DNA of 64,000 bases from Mycobacterium sp. (GTDB lineage: Bacteria > Actinomycetota > Actinomycetes > Mycobacteriales > Mycobacteriaceae). Shown one piece after another: positions 60,401 to 64,000 of this stretch. The notes below the pieces were generated by a model. That model saw only the letters and a list, made by a program, of their open reading frames with translations, ran no database searches and was not told the DNA's origin. Location: contig JAKFVT010000043.1 of the NCBI GenBank assembly GCA_021732005.1, positions 606 through 64,605 of the forward strand. Reading direction: 5' to 3'. A program made the position numbers and the translations under genes. How positions within the stretch are numbered: position 1 is the first letter of the stretch; every line of letters begins with the position of its first letter.

Positions 60401-61933
60401 GGGACGCGCGGTCAGGGTGCCGTTGTCGCGGTCGTAGATCAATCGCGGCCGCAGCTCGGCGAAATCCGTCGATGGATACTTCCCTGACAGCAGATCCAGA
60501 GTTGCCTCGAATGCGCTGCGCGGCAACGTCGCAAACGGTGCGCTGCGCCGGACGACGTCGAACCACTCGTCGGCGCTGACCGGCTCCAGGGCGCACGCGG
60601 CCACGGTGTGCTGGGCCAGCACGTCGAGCGGATTGGTGGGCACCCGCATGGTTTCGATCTGTCCGGCGAGCATGCGTTGCACGCTGACGGCGCAGCCGAT
60701 CAGGTCGGTCCGGTGTTTGGGGAACAGCACCCCGCGGGAGATCTCGCCGACCTGGTGACCGGCCCGTCCGACGCGCTGCAATCCGCTGGCCACCGACGGC
60801 GGCGCTCCCACCTGAATCACCAAATCCACTGCGCCCATGTCGATTCCGAGCTCCAGGCTCGATGTCGCCACCACGGACTTGAGCCGCCCGCTTTTGAGGT
60901 CGTCCTCGACCGCGGCGCGCTGCTCCTTGGACACCGAGCCGTGGTGGGCGCGGGCCAGCAGCGGCTCGGCTCCGTAGGTCTGCCCGCTGCCCATGATGTG
61001 CGCCGGTGGTCCGCCGGGCACCTGGCGGTTGGGTGGCGCGTCCAGTTCGACGCCGGAGCGTTCGGCATGAATTTCGTTGATGCGCGCGGTGAGCCGCTCG
61101 GCGAGGCGGCGCGAGTTGGCGAACACGATGGTCGAGTTGTGTGCCTCGATGAGGTCGACGATGCGCGCCTCGACATCGGGCCAGATGGTGTTGTTCTCCA
61201 AGTTGGCCATGTCGGGCACCGGCACCTGGACGGTCAGCCCGAACGTCTTCGTTGCCGGCGGCGCGACGATGGTCGTCGGCCTGGCGCCGGAGAGGAACCG
61301 GGCCACTTCCTCGGGTGGGCTGACCGTCGCGGACAGCCCGATGCGCTGGGCCGGTTTCTCCAGCAGCGCATCGAGGCGCTCCAGGGATACCGCCAGATGC
61401 GCGCCGCGCTTGGTGGCGGCCACCGCGTGCACCTCGTCGACGATCACCGTCTCGATGCCGGTCAGGGTCCCCCGAGCCGCGGAGGTCAACATCAGGAACA
61501 GCGACTCCGGGGTGGTGATCAGGATGTCGGGAGGCTTGGTGATGAGCTCGCGCCTGCGGGCGGGCGGGGTGTCGCCGGAGCGGACGCCGACGCTGATCTG
61601 CGGGGCAGGCACACCATCGCGTTCGGCGATGCGGGTGATGCCGGTCAGCGGGGTGCGCAGGTTGCGTTCCACGTCGACGGCCAGTGCCTTGAGCGGGGAG
61701 ACGTAGAGCACCCGGGTGCCACGTTTCTCCGGCTCATGGGCCAGCTGGTCGATCGCCCACAGAAAGGCCGCCAGCGTCTTACCCGACCCCGTCGGGGCGA
61801 TGACCAGGGTGTTGTCCCCGTCGGCGATCGCTGACCAGGCCCGCGCCTGCGCAGCGGTCGGCTCGGCGAACGTGCCTGTGAACCAGCGCCGCGTCAGCGG
61901 GCTGAACCGGCTCATCGGATCGGGGGAACGCAC
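57404..61933 (-). CDS. lhr: ATP-dependent helicase Lhr (full-length)
   Basis: APTGSGKT, VGVRSGDT, DEVH, GLSAT, HHGS, ATSSLELGIDMG, QRVGRAGH. GTG 61933 (alternative ATG 61915). Confidence 0.95.
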   Translation of the reverse strand: MRSPDPMSRFSPLTRRWFTGTFAEPTAAQARAWSAIADGDNTLVIAPTGSGKTLAAFLWAIDQLAHEPEKRGTRVLYVSPLKALAVDVERNLRTPLTGITRIAERDGVPAPQISVGVRSGDTPPARRRELITKPPDILITTPESLFLMLTSAARGTLTGIETVIVDEVHAVAATKRGAHLAVSLERLDALLEKPAQRIGLSATVSPPEEVARFLSGARPTTIVAPPATKTFGLTVQVPVPDMANLENNTIWPDVEARIVDLIEAHNSTIVFANSRRLAERLTARINEIHAERSGVELDAPPNRQVPGGPPAHIMGSGQTYGAEPLLARAHHGSVSKEQRAAVEDDLKSGRLKSVVATSSLELGIDMGAVDLVIQVGAPPSVASGLQRVGRAGHQVGEISRGVLFPKHRTDLIGCAVSVQRMLAGQIETMRVPTNPLDVLAQHTVAACALEPVSADEWFDVVRRSAPFATLPRSAFEATLDLLSGKYPSTDFAELRPRLIYDRDNGTLTARPGAQRLAVTSGGAIPDRGMFTVYLATDSEKPSRVGELDEEMVYESRPGDVISLGATSWRITEITHDRVLVIPAPGQPARLPFWRGDDAGRPAELGQAIGKFTGELAAMGRGDFETRCNELGFADYATDNLWQLLDDQRNATATVPSDTTLLVERFRDELGDWRVVLHSPYGLKVHGPLALAVSRRLLERYGIDEKPTASDDGIVVRLPDTEDAPPGADLFVFAPDEIEPLVTTEVGGSALFASRFRECAARALLLPRRHPGKRSPLWHQRQRAAQLLDVARKYPDFPIVLEAVRECLQDVYDVPTLTDLMSRIAQRRVRLVEVETPMPSPFAASLMFGYVGAFMYEGDSPLAERRAAALSLDSTLLAELLGRVELRELLDPDVIAATSRQLQHLSEDRKARDAEGVADLLRLLGPLTEAEIAERCTATDVGAWLDGLHAARRALPLSYAGQSWWAGIEDIGRLRDAVGVAVPVGVPTSFTEAVPDPLGELMGRFARTRGPFTTAEAATRFGLGLRVAADVLGRMSVDGKLIRGEFVAAPDADQWCDAEVLRILRRRSLAALRAQVEPVSTAAYARFLPAWQQVGSSATSGVDGLASVIDQLAGVPIPASAVEPLVFGPRVRDYQPAMLDELLASGEVTWSGAGSISGSDGWITFHHADTAPLTLATPAEIDFTDAHRAILEVLGEPGEARGAFFFRQLVGGSEETAKAALWDLIWAGWVTGDTFAPVRAMLAGGRKPGTRRPAAPAHRQRRAPRLSRYSVAHAQARSVDSTVAGRWSAVPAREPDSTVRAHFSAELLLNRHGVLTKGAAAAEGVPGGFATMYKVLTGFEEAGRCQRGYFVESLGGAQFAVASTVDRLRTYLDGVDPERPDYRAVVLAAADPANPYGAALPWPARPDADASHRPGRKAGALVILVDGALVWFLERGGRSLLNFSTDDEAQRAAAGTLAELVRSGRIGGVLVEKLDGIPVLEAGAHADRKATVDALVDAGFSRTPRGLRLR

Positions 61934-61939
61934 GACTCC

Positions 61940-61961
61940 AGGGTGCCAGGGGGTACCGACA
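61940..61961 (-). promoter_or_regulatory. PafBC/RecA-NDp-type promoter of lhr
   Basis: TGTCGG-N10-CACCCT, 6 nt before GTG 61933; -10 is one mismatch from TAnnnT. Confidence 0.65.
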
Positions 61962-62080
61962 GATCGAAGGCGTAGACGCCGCCCACAATTGTCGGATATG
62001 TAGATCACCGAACGTTTGCGCGCCATAATGTTGGCCTGAGGGGCAGCCATCGGGGGATGCTGCGACGTTCGGGGGGTGAA

Positions 62081-64000
62081 GTGACGTCGGCAACCGCAAT
62101 CTGTCGGTCGTGTGGGGCCGAGCCATCGCAGGGGGCCCGGTTTTGCGGCTCGTGTGGTGAGCGCCTGACGCCGGCCGCGGATCATGCCGAATACAAACAG
62201 GTGACCGTGCTGTTCGCCGATGTCGCGCGGTCGATGGGCCTTGCCGCGGCGCTGGACCTGGAGCGATTGCGCGAGGTCATGACCGACCTGGTGGAGTGGT
62301 CCGCCGCGGTGGCGCGCCGGTATGGCGGGTCGGTGGAGTACACCGGCGACGGGATCATGGCACTCTTCGGTGCGCCGCTCTCATTGGAGGATCACGCGGT
62401 CCGGGCGTGCATGGCCGCGCTGGACATTCAGGACGAGGCGCGGCGCCTGGCCGCCGTGGTGAAGGAGCGCGACGGGCTCGACCTCCGGTTACGCGTCGGG
62501 CTGAATTCCGGCCGAGTGATCGCCGGGATGATCGGTTCCGGTGCGCTGGGCTACGCCGCCACCGGTGAGACGGTCGGCTTCGCGCAGCGGATGGAGTCGG
62601 TGGCGTCCCCGGGTGAGGTGATGCTCTCCGAGACGACCGCACGGCTCGTCGACCACCAGGCCGTCCTGGCCGCGGCCGAGCCCGTCATGATCAAGGGCTT
62701 CGATGCGCCGGTACGCGGATTTCGGCTGGTGTCGATCCGCGCGCGGGGCCCCAAGTCCGACCGGGTCGAGGCGAGTCTGGTGGGTCGGCGTTGGGAACTC
62801 GCCGCCCTGGACGCCATGGTGGACCGCGCGACCGACGGTCGCGGTGGTGTGGTCAGTGTGATGGGGCCGCCGGGGATCGGTAAGTCGCGGGTGGCTCGGG
62901 AGGCCGCGGCGCTGGCCGCTTTGCGCGGCGTGGACGTGGTGTGGACCTTTTGCGAATCGCACGCCCGGGACGTGCCTTTCCACCTCGTGACGCAGTTGCT
63001 GCGTGCCGTCATCGGGGTGACCGAACTCGACAATGCCTCGGCCCGGGCCACGATTCGGGACCGGCTTCCCGCCGCCGCGCCGCAAGACCTGTTGCTGCTC
63101 GACGAATTGCTCGGCGTCGCAGACCCGGAAGTGCCACTGCCCGTGATCGATCCGGATGCTCGCCGGCGGCGGCTGACCGCCATGATCAACACCGCGTCCC
63201 TGGCGCGCACGACGCCCGAGCTGGTGGTCATCGAGGATGTGCATTGGATCGACGTGGTCAGCGAATCCATGGTGTCGGAATTTCTGTCCGTTGTGCCGCG
63301 AACTCCGTTGATGGTGCTGATCACCGCTCGGCCAGAGTATCGCGGAGAGCTCTCACGGGTGTCCGGTGCCCAATCCATAGCCCTTGCGCCGCTGAGTGAT
63401 TCGGATACCGCGGCGTTGTTGATCGAGCTGCTGGGATCGGACTCCTCGGTGGACGAGGTGGCGGGGATCATCGCGGACCGGTCGCAGGGAAATCCCTTCT
63501 TCGCCGAGGAGATGGTCCGCGAGCTGGTCCAGCGCGGCACCTTGCACGGTGAGCCGGGCAGCTACGTGTGCGGCGCCGACGTCGCGGAACTGGACGTGCC
63601 GGTGACGGTGCAGGCCGCGCTGGAATCGCGCATCGATCGGCTGAGCGTGTCGGCCAAGCGCACCTTGACTGCGGCGTCGGTGGTCGGCAACCGCTTCGGC
63701 GAGGACCTGCTCGCGGCGCTCGGAGCCGACCCGGATTTCGGGGAACTGCTCGACGCGGAGCTGGTCGAACAGGTTCGGTTCACACCGGCCGCCGAGTACG
63801 CCTTCCGCCACCCGTTGGTCCGGGCGGTGGCCTATGAGTCACAGCTGAAGTCGGATCGCGCCGAGTCGCATCGGCGCCTGGCCGTCGCCATTCAGCAACG
63901 AGCGCCAGAGTTGTTGGAGGACAACGCCGCCCAGATCGCCGAGCACTTCTATGCCGCAGGTGATCTGCGGGCCGCCTACGACTGGCACATGCGAGCGGGT
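62081..64000 (+). CDS. Double Zn-ribbon + class III nucleotide cyclase + STAND/AAA ATPase protein, 3' end outside the window
   Basis: Translated by hand from GTG 62081: CRSC...CGSCG, VTVLFADV, TGDGIMALFGAP, GPPGIGKSR Walker A, IEDVHW Walker B. Absent from the ORF track because it has no stop in the window. Confidence 0.88.
   Translation, partial: MTSATAICRSCGAEPSQGARFCGSCGERLTPAADHAEYKQVTVLFADVARSMGLAAALDLERLREVMTDLVEWSAAVARRYGGSVEYTGDGIMALFGAPLSLEDHAVRACMAALDIQDEARRLAAVVKERDGLDLRLRVGLNSGRVIAGMIGSGALGYAATGETVGFAQRMESVASPGEVMLSETTARLVDHQAVLAAAEPVMIKGFDAPVRGFRLVSIRARGPKSDRVEASLVGRRWELAALDAMVDRATDGRGGVVSVMGPPGIGKSRVAREAAALAALRGVDVVWTFCESHARDVPFHLVTQLLRAVIGVTELDNASARATIRDRLPAAAPQDLLLLDELLGVADPEVPLPVIDPDARRRRLTAMINTASLARTTPELVVIEDVHWIDVVSESMVSEFLSVVPRTPLMVLITARPEYRGELSRVSGAQSIALAPLSDSDTAALLIELLGSDSSVDEVAGIIADRSQGNPFFAEEMVRELVQRGTLHGEPGSYVCGADVAELDVPVTVQAALESRIDRLSVSAKRTLTAASVVGNRFGEDLLAALGADPDFGELLDAELVEQVRFTPAAEYAFRHPLVRAVAYESQLKSDRAESHRRLAVAIQQRAPELLEDNAAQIAEHFYAAGDLRAAYDWHMRAG

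Noticed and set aside
61990-62011. TGTCGG on the plus strand upstream of the cyclase gene
   Set aside because: The hexamer at N10 is CACCGA, not (T/C)AnnnT, so it does not fit a PafBC promoter.

Overview
GC-rich actinobacterial chromosome segment, most likely from a rapid-growing mycobacterium (Mycolicibacterium-like). The backbone follows my recollection of the M. tuberculosis Rv3336c-Rv3296 order: trpS, yhjD, dacB, class III aminotransferase, sdhCDAB (Sdh2), cdd-deoA-add, Rv3311 homologue, upp, phosphomutase, PNP, two M20 amidohydrolases, gamma-glutamylcyclotransferase, lpdA, glpD, RluA-type synthase, nei, lhr. Accessory blocks interrupt this backbone. (1) A 5'-truncated surface protein combining an aspartic-protease-like lobe, adhesin-like repeats and a beta-helix, next to two paralogous lipase-like lipoproteins. 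(2) An amine/gamma-glutamyl catabolic cluster containing a decayed ABC-ATPase remnant. (3) A CMD gene with an ECF41/SigJ-type promoter but no adjacent sigma factor. (4) A six-gene acyl-CoA (steroid side-chain-like) catabolic operon. (5) A 10 kb insert between add and the Rv3311 homologue: ArsR + P1B-4 ATPase, an MmpL8/10/12-type exporter, SAM methyltransferase, PhyH-like dioxygenase, Gfo/Idh/MocA oxidoreductase and a PE-PPE-domain protein. This is the best candidate for an undescribed cell-envelope lipid tailoring/export system. (6) A DUF222-HNH gene between lhr and nei, with a PafBC-type promoter and a 6-bp flanking direct repeat. Also seen: related 36-nt in-frame insertions in sdhB and deoA, paired MarR operators, and a cyclase-STAND ATPase gene running off the right edge. 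No rRNA, tRNA, CRISPR array or transposase was recognised. All family assignments are from motif recognition and memory, not database searches.
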